Part shown: in pieces, positions 1-13,217 of the stretch
Layout: each line of letters starts with the position of its first letter
Position numbering within the stretch: the stretch's first letter is position 1
Assembly: GCF_004010195.1 (NCBI RefSeq)
Contig: NC_057718.1
Location: 46,497,236-46,561,235, forward strand
Direction of reading: 5' to 3'
DNA length: 64,000 nt
Origin: Chiloscyllium plagiosum
Taxonomy: Eukaryota
Made by a program: the position numbers and the translations under genes
The notes under the pieces: generated by a model
What the model was told of the DNA's origin: nothing
The model's database searches: none
Seen by the model: the letters and a program-made list of their open reading frames with translations, nothing else

Positions 1-1177
1 CAATGGGGGTAAAGTATAGGGAGAGGCTGGGATCTCGCCATAACTGCCAATCAATACAAAAAATAATCTGGGTTTTTCTTCATTCTGCTACTTTCTAAAT
101 AACAACAATCAGTCAGTTAAATCTACAACCACTTGGATGTGACACATAACATCTCCATTGAGCATTTGTTTAACAAGCATGCATTGTTCATAATCTGTAC
201 AACAATCCTGTACACTGGACAGCACCTCCAAGCTTCCTAGGCAAGCCCAGAATTCCACCAATGTTATTTCCAAGATTGGCATTGCAGTAATGGAGGGGCA
301 GGTGTTTGCATATGGTAGAATAACCATTTGACACCCTACCCTCTTAGAAATTCTAAGAGGCCAAACAGGAGAGACTACTGTTGGAAAGCAGATTTGCCTG
401 AAATTCTTCGCTTCACAAAAGGTCACTGGCATTGATTTCATGTAAAACCAGTGTGAAATATCTGGGTGCATACCCTTGAGTAAATTACAAGACCTGTTTT
501 TACAAGAACAGCTTTATTTTTTAAAGCTGTTCAAATATATTAAACTGAAACCCAATTCTATTGTAACAATACGAAAAATTGTTAGTTCTAGATCTGCCTT
601 GAAACAGTTACTAATTTTAAGTTATATTAAACTTTTGGGAAAGATGTACATTGAAATTTTGATCCTTCTGTAAAAGTCTATAAAAGATTTCTTCCATAAA
701 TATTGTGAAGTACCAACAAACACATTAGAGTCCATTTTTAAAACAAAAAGTACTGTGATTATACATAGGTAAATGCTTAATCTTTTTACCACAATGCCAC
801 ATTTTAGTAGAGACCGATCACAAAATGTTTGTAGAGAAAAGTCTTTTTCAGAGGATTGAAGACTGCCTTATTTCAAAGAGGTGACCTAAGGTTGAGATGA
901 AAAATCAAATGGCAAAGATTGGTGACTTTTTAATTTTTTTTTGTTTTTAAATACTAACAGATGAATGTTTGTGCAATGTTCAGTATATCAGTGTGCTTAT
1001 TTGTTTCTTCCTCATCTTTAATCTTCAGGGATTATACTTGGAAAATTATTCATGGCCTTAAACCTTAGAAAATATAATCATTTGGTAGTCCAGAACTTGT
1101 GTACATTCCCAGCAATACTTGTTGCCAAAGCTTTGCAATGGAGAATACACAGTTAATGATAACTGAGTTTTAGCTTC

Positions 1178-1292
1178 TTTATTAATTTGTCGAATGTGGG
1201 GTTTGCTGACCAACCAGCATTTATTGTTGATCCCTAAACGCCCAGAAGGCAGTTAAAAAAGTCAACCACATTGCTGGTCTGCAGTCACATGT
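1178..1292 (-). mobile_element. 3' fragment of a tRNA-derived SINE (same family as 44700-45052)
   Basis: Reverse complement matches the tail gggcaattagggtgggcaataaatgctgg...catcccac at 44985-45050. Confidence 0.6.
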
Positions 1293-1310
1293 TCGAAATT
1301 TGCTTCACAG

Positions 1311-1925
1311 GTAGATTAAGAAGGCATTTAGCACACGTGCCTTATTGCTCAGACCTTTGAGTATAGGAGTTGGGGCATCTTGTTGAGATTTTCCAGGACA
1401 TTGGTGAGGCCTCTTCTAGTGTACAGTGTGCAGTTCTGGTCACCCTGGTGTAGGAAGGATATTATTAAATTAAAGGGGGTTCAGAATAGACTTACTAGCA
1501 TGTTGCTGGTATTGGAGTGTTTGAGATATAAAAATTGACTGAAAAGGCTGGGACCTTTTTCACTGGAGCATAGGAGGTTGAAGGGTGACCTTATTGTGGT
1601 TTATAAAATCATGAGGGGCACAGATAGGTGGATGACAAGTGTTTTTTCCCTTAGGGTGGGGGAGTTTCAAAAAAAAAAAGGACTCGAGGGGTGACTTTTT
1701 TTGTAAAAAGCAGAGTGGTTCATGTGTGGAATGACGTACCAGACAAAGTAGTGGATGCAGGTACAGTTACAATGTTCAAAAGACACTTGGATATATACAT
1801 GAATAGGTAAGGACATAGAGGAATATGAGCAAAATGCAGGCAGATGGGAGCTAGTTTAGTTTAGAAACATGGTTGGCATGAACTAGTTGGACCGAACGAC
1901 TGTTTCCACACTCTATGGCTCTCTC
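1311..1925 (+). mobile_element. CR1 LINE 3' fragment (decayed ORF2 C-terminus and 3' UTR)
   Basis: Decayed LVRP.L..CVQFWSP and RLKGDLI.VYKIM coding motifs, followed by the shark CR1/HER1-like tail gttggaccgaa..tgtttccacactctatg. Confidence 0.85.
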
Positions 1926-1934
1926 TCAATGACG

Positions 1935-2625
1935 CATTCCTGCTTTCACCCCAAACCCATTTATATCTTCAAAACTTTAAAAATGTATCTCTCCCCTTCT
2001 TGAATATATACAATAACTTGGCCTCCACAGCCTTCTATGTTAGTGAATTCCATATGTTCAATACCTTTGAGTAGGAAAAAAAAAACTTTTCCTCAGCTCA
2101 AGTGCCTACCTTGTATTCCAAGACTGACCCAGTTCTAGACTCCCCAACCAGTGAAAACATCCACCTATACTTCGACTGTGTAGCTTTGTTCGAATTGTAT
2201 ACGTTTCAATCAGATTCCATTTCATCCTTCTAAACTAGTGAATACTAACCCAGGATCTCTCCTCATAAGACAATCCTACCCACCCAATAAACCTTCACTG
2301 CACTCCCTCTATGACAAATATGGCCTTAGGTAGGGATGCCATACTCCAGGTGTGGTCTCACTAGGGCCATGAAGACATTCCTGCTTCTGAAATCCTTTTG
2401 CAAGGAGGACCAGCATACCATTTGCCTTCCAAATTGCTTGCCGCATCTCCCTGTCTACTTTCACTGACTTGTGTACAGTGACATCCACTTCCCTTTGTAC
2501 ACTCACATTTCCTAACATATCCCTGTTTAAATAATGCTCAGCCTTTCTGTACTTCACATTTAGCCACATTGTTCAGCATCTGTCATATATTTGCTCACTC
2601 ACTCAATATGTCTAAGTCACCACAA
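1935..2625 (-). mobile_element. CR1 LINE 3' fragment, tail-to-tail with the previous copy
   Basis: Minus-strand ORF 2309-2569 contains YLNRDMLGNVSVQRE and KANGML, homologous to the CR1 ORF2 C-terminus at 41480-41620. Confidence 0.8.
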
Positions 2626-4094
2626 AGCCCCCTGGTTACCAACTCAAAATGTTAGATGGAATCACAACTGGACCAGATTCAATTCAAATGCAACATTCAT
2701 TTGGGTCAAGATATGAACACCTTTCCACACCTGAAACATTAAGTAGGACTGCAGCTGCTATCATGAAGAACTAAACTGAACCTCAGTGCTTCCTCACTGG
2801 GTATAAAAGGAATTTTAAATGGAGACAAAAGGAACTGTGATAATTCCCACAAGGTTTCCAGCTGATGATGTTTCAAATTAGCACTCTGAAAAGCAACAGG
2901 ATACCAAATGATTTAAATGAGAAATAGTATTCAGTAGTGAAAACAGGGACCCAACAACAGGGAAAATAAAGACTACTTTGAAAAAGAAGTCTCACCTTAA
3001 AGTGGAACAAACATTCCTTTCCAGGAACTACAACCAGACTGGATTATTAACCAGCAAGCAACAAAAATATTTTTTTTTAAAAAACTACAGTCAGAAATCA
3101 ATGTCGACATTAAATAAATTGAGGCTCATAATATAGTGGGAAATGAAAATCTTAGCCATTCTGAATAGATAATTTCCACATTCAAAGTGTTGACAAATAT
3201 ATACGTGCTAAGAAATGAGTTTTTAAAAATATCTTGCAAGGCCAAGGCACTAGTTTGAATGCAAGCAGCAGAGCTCTCATCCACTGGCTGAAGAATGGCA
3301 AAAAGCCCATGTCACCTAATTTGGTGGGTCTTCCCCAAAGTCAGCGTCATTCAGACAACTGTACGGCAGAAAGCCTTCCCCAGGATCATGGGACCCAGGG
3401 GTAGAAGTCCCATGTGCCAGAAGCTGCCAGCTGAACAAAGGCTGGTATTAGGGAGATAGTGGTTAAAGCCAGTATAGCATCTACTGAAGTCTAGGACCCA
3501 CAGAACAGCTGAGGATAATGGGAGGGAAGGAGGTGGGGAGGTCAGCAATGGCAGGGTCCTGCTTGCTGATGCTAGATCTCTTGATCAGGCACTAAGTGCC
3601 TTTGAATGAGGAATCTGATATACACATACAACTGCATGTAGTCAAACTGAGTAAATCACCCACATAACAAACGAAGGGCACAGCAGGAAAGCAGTTCTAC
3701 TGACCCTCCCATTATTAATTTAATTGCGGTAGATGGAGGAAATAGATGAGAATGCTCGACTGTCATTTTCCTATTTCAACACCACATGGTGGAGGGCATT
3801 AGACTGTGCCCTGGAAAACAGTGAACAAGAAACAGATTTTTAAAGCACTAATGAAGCTTCTGCTGTACAGTATGTACAATCCACCTTTCCCTGAAATTGG
3901 CCTTCCTCTCTTTCAAATCAAAGAAGGAAATATTCCACAAAATTTCTCCCAAGACTCCAGTCAAATCAAGCAAGTCTTTACAATTCGCAAGTTTTTCCTC
4001 ACGATTGAGCAGCAAAGGGGTGAACATTTTACACAAGTTATTCTATTAACTACCATATTATACATTTATCAAAAAAACAGAATAAAATCAAAGC

Positions 4095-4190
4095 ATGGTA
4101 GATACTAGAAATCTGAAACAAAAAAAAAATGCTGCAGAAACTCAACTGGTCTGGCAGCATCTGTGGACAGAAAGCAGAGTTAATGAATCA
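4095..4190 (-). mobile_element. Old Penelope-like terminal-repeat (pLTR) fragment
   Basis: Reverse complement ttaactctgctttctgtccacagatgctgccagacc matches the + copy at 6385-6420. Shares the gatgctgcc.gacctgctg core with the PLE termini at 21660 and 43265. Confidence 0.6.
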
Positions 4191-4383
4191 AGAGATATTT
4201 ACTTAGCTCAATGCTGAATGAGTTAAGCCAGGTGCTACAGACAATTTTCATTGAAAGATATCAGGGTCATTATAATTGACAGGTAGAAATTAGTTTACTG
4301 CTGGTTTGATTTCTCAATAACTTCAATTAGCCACAAAAAATGGCTCTCTGATGTAGCTCTGTTAATACTAAAGTATCCCATTA

Positions 4384-4562
4384 CAGAGGAACCTCAATTA
4401 TCTGAAGGACACAGGCGGGAAATATTTTGTTCAGTTAATCGAATTCCGGATAATCGAGGGCCAGATAACACTTTTTTTAAAAGACAATAATCAGGACCTT
4501 GTGATCTTGCTGGATGATCTGATATTCAGATAATCGAATATCGGATCATTGAGATTCCTCTG
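4384..4562. mobile_element. Tc1/mariner (pogo/Tigger-type) MITE, 179 bp
   Basis: TIR cagaggaacctcaattatctga versus the reverse complement of the right end, cagaggaatctcaatgatccga. TA duplicated at 4382-4383 and 4563-4564. Internal ggataatcga sub-repeats. Confidence 0.9.
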
Positions 4563-4564
4563 TA

Positions 4565-4830
4565 TTATGGCATTTCACCTTGAAACCATAACATCTTTTG
4601 TGATTTTCTCTCTCCTGTCCTACACCATATGAAAGGCCTTTCTGATCTTCCAACACACCACCCTTTCATTTGTTCAAAACCTGCTGCATTTCTATAGATA
4701 TTAGTTATGACAAAAGGGGAAAAGATCTGAAATGTTAACCCCAGTTTATTCGCCATCAATGCAGTCAGTCAGACTTGTATATTTCCTGCAGTGTCCATTT
4801 TTATTTCAAAATTACCAGCAACTACAAGCA
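4565..4830 (+). mobile_element. Old Penelope-like pLTR remnant
   Basis: Degenerate ...tgacaaaagg...gatctgaaatgttaac...ccagca organisation, like other pLTR-derived copies in the window. Confidence 0.45.
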
Positions 4831-5297
4831 GCACAACAGTATCTGCTAGCACCGGATTTCAGGACAGGTCATTAATTGGGGTTGGAATTAGGAAGCATCA
4901 CATAAGTTTCATGGAAATCCTAAGTTTCAAGAGGATACTAAATGGGATGGAAAAAGAGACAGGAGTAAAACAAGAAGTGATGAGGGATGAGGATGCAAGG
5001 TGCAGGTTGGAAGTGAAGAGCATGCCCAGAATTACAAAGGCACTTTTCATTCTAGACGTTTTACAGAGGATTTCTTAATATTGAAATGCTCTTCAAAAAA
5101 AAAATGAATAAATACAAGAAATGTAAGTCTGACTTATAAAATAAAAGTCCATAATTTGACACTAAAATTGTTGATCTCACCCAAAGAGGCCACATGCTGT
5201 CTGATGTAATTAAAGATGCTGTTTCCCAGCTAGAACAGAGACAATTGCGGGAACTGAAGAGGTGTTTTACTCTGTTTTATAACATAATGATATATGC

Positions 5298-5500
5298 AGC
5301 CAGTTAGTTGTACAGCTTGTTTGTAATATACAGTGACACCACCACAGTGAGTTCAATTCCCAGACCAGCCAAGGTTCCACAAAGGTGCCACCTTCTCAAT
5401 CTCACCCCTCACCTAGAAGCACAGTGAGCCTTAGGTTAAACCACCACCAGTCGTATCTCTCCAATGGGAAAATAGCCCTAAGGGACAATAGTAACTTCAC
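5298..5500 (+). mobile_element. Old tRNA-derived SINE
   Basis: B-box-like gagttcaattccc. Shares the blocks ccaaggttc, gtgagcctt.g.tt.aac and a.agccct with an inverted copy at 52750-52930. Confidence 0.6.
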
Positions 5501-5701
5501 GTGTTTACTGTAGTGTCCACTGGAGAAGTAAGACAGCTACATTTGCAGAATTTTAAACCCTGGCTTGTTTAACATGTTGATAATTTTAGGTGCTTTAAAA
5601 CAGTCAGAAGTTAAGGTAAGGTATCTCTAGAATTCATTGTTGGTTTTATACAGAAATACCAAAGGTATACATGAAAATCAAAAATCTTCGTTGATCATTA
5701 C

Positions 5702-6082
5702 CTTGAACTCCTTGAAGTAGTAGATCAACTCCATTCCTGTAGAAATTGAAGGCAGCTTCGTAATCTTGTTCGGCTTCCTTTTGCAGTGCCAGCTTTATCT
5801 GATCACCTGCCTTTGCCAAGTAATCACCTTTCCCTGTTCTACGTTTGAGACTTCCAATTGGTTGTGACCACAAGCCTCTGCCTCCTTCCGCGCCATCCTG
5901 GCTCCTCTCCTGAGGAAGAACGGTAGCCGAGCTTGTAGGTTCAGGGGAGGAACTATGTTTCGTAAATCTGCTTGGGGAACTTCTATTTGATGCCATTCCA
6001 TCATCCCATTCAGTGAGTGAATCCCCGTCCACTGTCAGTGACAGCAAGTCACTATCACTGGATAAACCTGGCTGATCACTTT
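5702..6082 (-). CDS. RPS6KC1: RPS6KC1 internal exon, acidic linker plus N-terminal part of the MIT domain (381 nt; 366 nt with the alternative acceptor at 6067; phase 1 to phase 1)
   Basis: Polypyrimidine tract ctcctttcttcatttacctgtag| and donor CAA G|gtaatg. Encodes ...LSSDSDLLSLTVDGDSLTEWDDGMASN...GKGDYLAKAGDQIKLALQKEAEQDYEAAFNFYRNGVDLLLQGVQG (MIT helices). The SSDSDL.SLTVD.DSL.E.DDGMASN block is characteristic of RPS6KC1. Confidence 0.94.
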
Positions 6083-6359
6083 CTACAGGTAAATGAAGAA
6101 AGGAGATAGTGAGAAAAGTTTCAGTACGTATATTGGCAGAATAGACCACATTACTTTCAATAAAATTCAAATGTTTATTACCCAGCATTATCATTCGTAC
6201 CAAAAGATTTAATTGAAGACCCAGACTTCTAACAGTGTTTATAATTCAGATTCAATTCACCTGAATAAATTTATCAAGTTTTGTTATACATCTTTTTAAT
6301 AAGTTCCTTACTTGTAGAACAATACATCTGAGAGAATGAAGCAGGGTTGCTCCTTTTCA

Positions 6360-6455
6360 TTAAAGAAAGACTCAACCCGAATCATTAACTCTGATTTCTC
6401 TCCACAGATGCTGCCAGACCTGCTGAATTTTTCCAGCAATTTGTGTTTGCTCCTT
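6360..6455 (+). mobile_element. Old Penelope-like pLTR fragment
   Basis: cccgaatcattaactctgatttctctccacagatgctgccagacctgctgaatttttccagc. Confidence 0.6.
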
Positions 6456-6699
6456 TTCATTGTTCAATCACATGGAGGTACCAAAAAGCCTCCAATGTTG
6501 AATAGGAAAATAATTAATAATGGCAAGTCCATGAAGTTTTACATGTCAAGGTGACTATAACCTGAAGAATGTCTGCGTTTTTTCCCCAAAGTTAGCCTTA
6601 TGTTTCGAATGAAGCACTATGTTACATCCGGAGTGCTATTGGAGTTTTGAGGGGGAGAAGGTGGAATCAGATGTAATGGCATTACAGTTGAACAAAGGC

Positions 6700-8745
6700 A
6701 GCTACAGAGGCTCGAAGGAGGAGCTGACCAAAACTGACTGGGAGAGGAGCCTAGCAGGAAAGACAGTGGAACAGTAATGGCAGGAGTTTGTGGGAGTAAT
6801 TCAGGAGACACTGCAAAAAATCATTGAGGAAAAAGAAGCGTGTACATGGACGATGAGACAACCACGGCTGACTCAGGAAGTTGGGGGTAGCATAAAAGCA
6901 AAAAAGAGAAAACATAATGTGGCGAAAGGCAGTGGGAAACCAGAGGATTGGAGAATCTACGAAGAGGAACAGAAGACATCCAAGAAAGAAATAAATGAGG
7001 GAGAAGCTTAAATATGTGGGTAAGCTACGCAGTAATATTAGAAAAGATTGCTAGAGTTTCTTTATATATCTAAAGGGCAAGAGCGGGAAAAGTGGACATT
7101 GGGCCGCTGGAAAAGTAGTAATGGGGAACAAGGAAATGGCTGAGGACTGAATAAGTACTTTGCATCAGTGGAAGACACGAGTAATATACCAAAACTTCGA
7201 GAGCTGGGGAGCAGAAATGGGTATGGTGGCCATCACAAAGGAGAAGGTTATAGAAAAACTGAAAGGTCTGAAAGTGGATAAATCACATGGACTGGATGGG
7301 CTGTGAAGGAGATAACTGAAGAGATAGTGGACGCTTTAGTGGTGATCTTTCAGGAATCACTGGAGTCAGGAAAGGTCCCAGAGGACTGGAAAAATCACTA
7401 ACGTAAACCCCTGTTTGAAAAGGGAGGAAGGCAAAAGACAGTGCATGGTAAAATAGGGCAAAGTCAGCATGGTTTCATCAAAGTGAGGTCATGCCTGACC
7501 AATCTGTTAGAATTCTTTGAGGAGCGAACGAGCAGGTTAGACCAAGGAGAGCCAATAGATGTTGTCTATCGGGACTTCCAGAAGGCCTTCAATAAGGTGA
7601 TGCACAGGAGGCTGCTGAGTAAGATAAAAGCCCACGGTGTTAGAGACAAGGTACTAGCATAGATAAAAGCTTGGCTGTCTGGCAGAAGGCAGAGAGTGGG
7701 AATAAAAGGGTCCTTCTCGCGATGGAAGCCAGTGACTTCGTAATATTCCACAAGGGTCAGTGTTGGGACTACAACGTTTCACTTTATACATTAATGATCT
7801 GAATGAAGGAACAGAAGGCATTCGGGCTAGGTTTGCAGATGATACAAAGATAGGTGATGGGGCAGGTGGTATTGAGGAGATGGGGAGGCTGCAAAAAGAT
7901 TTAGACAGTTTAGGAGAGTGGGCAAAGAAGTGGCAGATCAAATACAGAACATGGGAAAAATTGTGAGCTCATGCACTTTGGTAGGAAGAATAGAGGCATG
8001 AACTATTTTCTAAATGGGGAGAAAATTCAGAAAACTGGAGTACAAAGGGACTTGGGAGTCCTTGTCCAGGTGTCTCTTAAGGTAAACTTTCAGGTTGACT
8101 TGGTAGTTAGAAAGGCAAATACAAATGGTTATCATTCATCTTGAGAGGACTACAGCATGAAAGCAGGGATGCATTCCTGAGGATTTAAGACTGTGGTCAG
8201 ATCACATTTAGAATATGGAGAGTAATTCTGAGCCCCATACCTCAGGAAGGATGTACTGGCCCTGAAACGGGTCCAAAGGAGGCTCACGAGAATGATCCCA
8301 GGAATGAAAGGCTTAACATATGAGGAACACTCAAGGACTGTGGGACCAGACACAGTTGAGAAGAATGTGGGAGGATCGGACTAAAGCTTACAGAATACTG
8401 AACGGCCTGGACAGAGTGGACGTTGGGAAGAGGTTTCCATTGGTAGGAGAGACTAGGACAAGAGGGCACAGCTTTAGAAGAAAGGGAAGACCCTTTAGAA
8501 TGAAGATAAGGAGAAACTTGTTTAGCCAGAGAGTGGTGAATCTGTGGAATTCAGGCACAGATGGCTGTGGAGGTCAGGTCATCGAGTGTATTTAAAAACT
8601 GAGATTGATAAGTTCTTGATTGCCCAGGAGATCAAAGGTTATGGAGAAAAAGCAGGAAAATGGGGTTGAAACACCTATCAGCTATGATTGAATGGCAGAG
8701 CAGACTCGATCAGCTGAATGGCCTAATTTCTGCTCCTTATGCTTC
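6700..8745 (+). mobile_element. CR1 LINE, 5'-truncated, frameshifted ORF2 (reverse transcriptase)
   Basis: SQHGFIKVRSCLTNLLEFFE, DVVYRDFQKAF and FTLYINDL..RFADDTKIG motifs in broken frames, then a CR1 3' end. Confidence 0.95.
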
Positions 8746-9104
8746 ACCGTTTCCATTTCGAGTAACATGAAAGTCTCAGCTATCCCTTTTCACGTCTGCT
8801 GCACATTTTTACCCACTAATCTTAATCTTTCACCAGAATGAGTTGTGGGGCCTAGAAATGTGTTTAATCAGAAACATTATTTCCATATTTTGATATTAGT
8901 TTTGTGCAGGAGACTATCTTGAATTCTTTTGTTTTTAAAAAGGAATCTCTGTTCATAACTAATCCTTTATGTAGGACATTGATATCTTCTAACACTTCCA
9001 GTCTTGCTACCACCATCATACTACTGCACATACACTCCACTAAGCTCCTTTTCCAAAAGGAAGTGCCTGTTCCCCACTGCATTATCCCACTGAGAGTTCA
9101 GAAG

Positions 9105-10197
9105 ATCAGGTCTATATGGACTTCAGCAAGGCATTTGACAAAGTTCCATGTGGTAGACTGGTTAGCAAGGTTAGATCACATGGAATCTAGGGGGAGCTAA
9201 CCAATTGAATACAAAATTGGCTTGAAGATAGAAGAGAGGATGGTGGTGGAGAACTGTTTTTCGGACTGGAGGCTTGTGATCAGCAGAGTGCCACAAGGAT
9301 CAGTGCTGGGTCTACTGCCTCTTGCCATTTTGTATAAGTGACTTGGATGTGAACATAGGAGGCATGGTCAGTAAGTTTGCAGACAACACCAAAATTGGTG
9401 GCATGGTGAAGACTCTCTCAGAATACAGCAGAAGCATTTCAAATGGGCCAGTGTGACAGATGAAGTTTAATGCAGATACATGTGAGGTGTTGCCTTTTGG
9501 TCAGGCAAACCACCCCTGCGACTTTATACTCTTAACAATAGGAGCCTGGGGAGTGTTGCCAACCAAAGGAACCTAGGGGTGCAGGTTCATAGCTCCTTGA
9601 ATGTGGAGACACAGTCGTGAAGGCACATTTGTCTTTATTGGTCGGTGATTGATTAAAGGAGTTGGGAGGTCATGTTGCAGCTGTACAGGACATTGGTGAG
9701 GCCACTTGCTCTGCTATGGGAAAGATGTTGTTAAACTTGAACGGTTTAGAAGAGATTTACACAAATGTTGCCAGGGTTGGAGGGTTTGAGCTATAGGGAG
9801 AGGCTGAATAGGCTTGAACTACTTTTTCCTCTGGAGCATCGGAAGCCAAGGGGTGAACATGTAGGTGGTTTATAAAATAATGGGGGGCATGGATAGGATG
9901 AATAGCCAAAGCATTTTCCCTAGGGTAGAGGAGTTCAAAACTAGAGGGCACAGGTTTAAAGGTGAGAGGGGAAAAGATTTAAAAAGAACCCAAGGGACAA
10001 CTCTTTCACGCAGAGGGTGGTGCGTGTATGGAACGAGTTGCCAGGAGGAAGTGGAGGCTGGTACAATTACAACATTTAAAAAGGCATCTGAATAGGTATA
10101 AAGAGGAGGACAGGTTTATATGGATATGGTCCAAATGCTGGCAAATGGGACCACATCAGTTTAGGACCGAAGGGCCTGTTTCCGTGCTGTATAGCTT
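9105..10197 (+). mobile_element. CR1 LINE 3' part, decayed
   Basis: [28 protein letters not shown] and VYKIMGGMDR..KTRGHRFK remnants, with tail gaccgaagggcctgtttccgtgctgta. Confidence 0.92.
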
Positions 10198-11904
10198 ACT
10201 AATTCTTACCTGGCACTGTTGTCACATTCAGCCACTTCTGCTCTTTATCCTTCTCTTTATGCCAACCTACAAGCCCCTCATTCCATTCACCAGTCCAATC
10301 ATCTACAATTGTCTGATCATATTCTACTCTGCCAGCCCAAACCCAAATAATTGCTTTGGTACTAAAATATTAACAAACTGGCTATAACAAATAAGTGAGA
10401 AGTGGATTAAGCACTTATGGACAATTAAAAACTAGTTGCCAGCTAACACAGAAACTTTACCATGAAGCATAGCTTTACAGGCAGTATCGCATGGGGGAAG
10501 GAAGAAAACAGATTATTACCCTGAACATCAAGAAGTGAGTGACTAATGTTTACACATTTGGCAACTCACTACTGCCAACCACAAGAACCACCTGACTTTA
10601 GCTCCAAGTCTCTGAATCTGCGTAATCTTCACTCTCCGTACAAGTATAACTCAAACCCGGTTTGGATAAATCTGAGCAACATCCAAACCAGGATCAAACC
10701 CAAAGACCTCTCGGAAAATTTCACAATGCAGTCAGTCCTCAAACGTCTTAGCTTTAAAATACCAATTCTGAGGATTAGCTTCAAAACAAGTTCACAGCCA
10801 TCTCTGATGTTCCCTAGCCTAGTTAATCATCAGTGTCATTGCATGACCTTTCCCAAGTACCTTTGTCCTTCACTTTCAAAAAAATAAAAGAATTAACTAA
10901 ACTGACAAGAAATTAAAAAATGCACATCATTGGTATCCTTTTAATAGAGGAAAATTGTTCAAATGTAGAACTGAAGAAAATATCATAATTACACTCAAAT
11001 TTTTACTCTAAAAAGCAGAGTTATCACCTTAAAAGAATTGCTTGGAAGGAGGTGATGACCCTTAATGTCCTGTTATTTTCTGGAAAAAAATGACCAGAAC
11101 AGGCAAGAGATAGCCCTATATCCTGGAGGATGGTAATATGGGTGGAATCTTACAGCTGATCGTTCAGTATGTTAACACCCTTGCTGATCGGTGGACTATG
11201 GTGGTAATGTCTTTACTGAGTTTGCAGGCTACAATGTGATTCCCCATGTAGATGAGTCAACTTTTCAGGCTAGAGCAGATGATCTATAACATCATTATTT
11301 GTTATTCACTGCTGCCCTAGGGATGCAACTGACACTCAGATCAGCAAAGAGTGCATAGTATTCACTGTCCAAAGACAAGTAGGTGGAGAATGCTGGTGGC
11401 TTTAGGATAACAAGTTTTCCCATGGTTCAGGATACCATTGACTAGACATCGCTTTACCTGCCCCACATTTAAAAGCAGAATTGTACCTGAACTGCGAAGA
11501 GTTCCATTCTGAATCCTTCAGTTAAAATATAACCATACACACATGATAATACAGGTACTGCATGTGTGACTCACAGCCACAGACTGTGGCCACCAAACAA
11601 ACTACTCACTCACCATTTAGTTTATGGTGTCAATACTCAACCCAATGACATGCACATAACAAAAGCCATGTTGTCACAAGAAGCTTCACCGAATAGGCTA
11701 TTAGGATATTTAAACAAGTTACCCATTGCCTAACCCATTCTAGAGCAACCCTGTTGTACCAACCAGAGCCAAGTGTCACAATTTATTGCCACGACAAACA
11801 GCAAATGGGGGAAAAGAGGTGGTGGTGCAGATCAAAATAACCCCTTTCAGGGCAGTCAATTAACCAATTTCAATGAAACAAATGCAACTCCTTTAAAAAA
11901 AAAA

Positions 11905-12272
11905 TATAGATTATAGAAAATGCTAAAGGGGATTGACCAAGTTGACGTGCAGAGGATATTTCCTCATGTACGGCAATCTAGAACAAGAGATCCTAATTTT
12001 AGGATAAGGAGTAGCAGATTTAAAACAGAGATGAGGAGAAATTACTTTTCTCAAACAGTTGTTATGAATCTATGGAATTCATTACCACAAAAGGATGCCA
12101 GGACATTGGGTAAATTTGAGGAGACAGACAGATTTTTAATTGATGACAGATGGAATTGTTATGGATAGTGAGCAAGAAAGTGGATTTGAAACAGATGAGA
12201 TGAACCATGACACTGTGGAGGAGAAGCTCAACAGGCTGAATTGCCTACTCCTGGTCCAAGCTCTTATGTTCA
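11905..12272 (+). mobile_element. CR1 LINE 3' end fragment
   Basis: MLKGIDQVDVQRIFP..SRTR..FKTEMRRNYFSQ..NLWNSLPQ. Confidence 0.88.
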
Positions 12273-12289
12273 ATATGGGAATCATTAGC

Positions 12290-12600
12290 ATTTTTTGGAC
12301 AATCCCAACTGTCCTTTAATGAAGTGACTGCTCGCCCCCTTCAACAGGTAGAAGAGTTAAACACATTTCTGTGAAATACGATTCACATTAGCCCAGAATG
12401 AATAAAGGTAGCTGATGTCCTTCCCTAAAAAGGGGGAAAGTGAACCAGATGGACTTTTACAACAATGACAATCTTAGGTCATGGTCACTACTAGGCAGAG
12501 TAGGTTTCAATTCTAGAATTCTTCATTGACGTTTTTTTCATTCCATGAGCTGCTATGTTTGGATTTGAAAAGCACTCCTGGTACATCCAATACAGCGTCC
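12290..12600 (-). mobile_element. Decayed tRNA-derived SINE (family of 44700-45052)
   Basis: ccttccctaaaa...gtgaaccagatgg..ttttacaacaat..catggtcac is the reverse complement of the family core. Confidence 0.55.
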
Positions 12601-13217
12601 ACATTAAGAGATTTCCAATGGCAGAAATAGCATTCCAGCAGGTCAGCATTCAGGAACAGGTGCCACTACCAGCTAAACCAGAGGTGTTTACTACTAATGG
12701 CATGTAATAATGCTGAGCCATGCTCAAAGGATGCTTCAGAGCCCCTCAAAAGGAGATACCACCAAACTAAAACCCACACATTTATTGTGCTGTCATTTTT
12801 TCCCCCAACTGCTCATGTGACATGTGCATCATTGACTGTTATCCTCAGCTCACCACTGCATTTTTGGGCAACTATCTTAATGAATCTTGACCACTTGCCT
12901 AATCGGGGGATGCCTGTGGCCATTTTAACTCAGCATTTTGGTCCCCTTTAAAACATATCAGTTAATGAAGATTCCAGGCATTAAATTGGGCAGTGTAATT
13001 TTTTTTTTAAAAAAATCATTCATCCATATTTTATATCATTGTGATGTACTGACTGCAGTTTACTTAGAATTCCATTTTAACCAAATTAAGAATCCCACAA
13101 AAGCAATACATTCAATCCTTCCTGCAACATCCAGGTGCATCTACAGAGAGCATTGTGTTAGGCAGAAGGCTAATTGTGAAGGCTTGTCAAAGTAATGCCA
13201 GATATATATATATAAAA

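Noticed and set aside
109..471. 120-aa minus-strand ORF as a further RPS6KC1 exon
   Set aside because: No resemblance to the expected next segment (rest of the MIT domain) or to any protein I recognise. The other frames I translated contain stops.
3270..3810. GC-richer block resembling a non-autonomous DNA element (similar blocks near 11140, 26250, 29580 and 53580)
   Set aside because: I could not define TIRs or TSDs by eye, so it is left unclassified.
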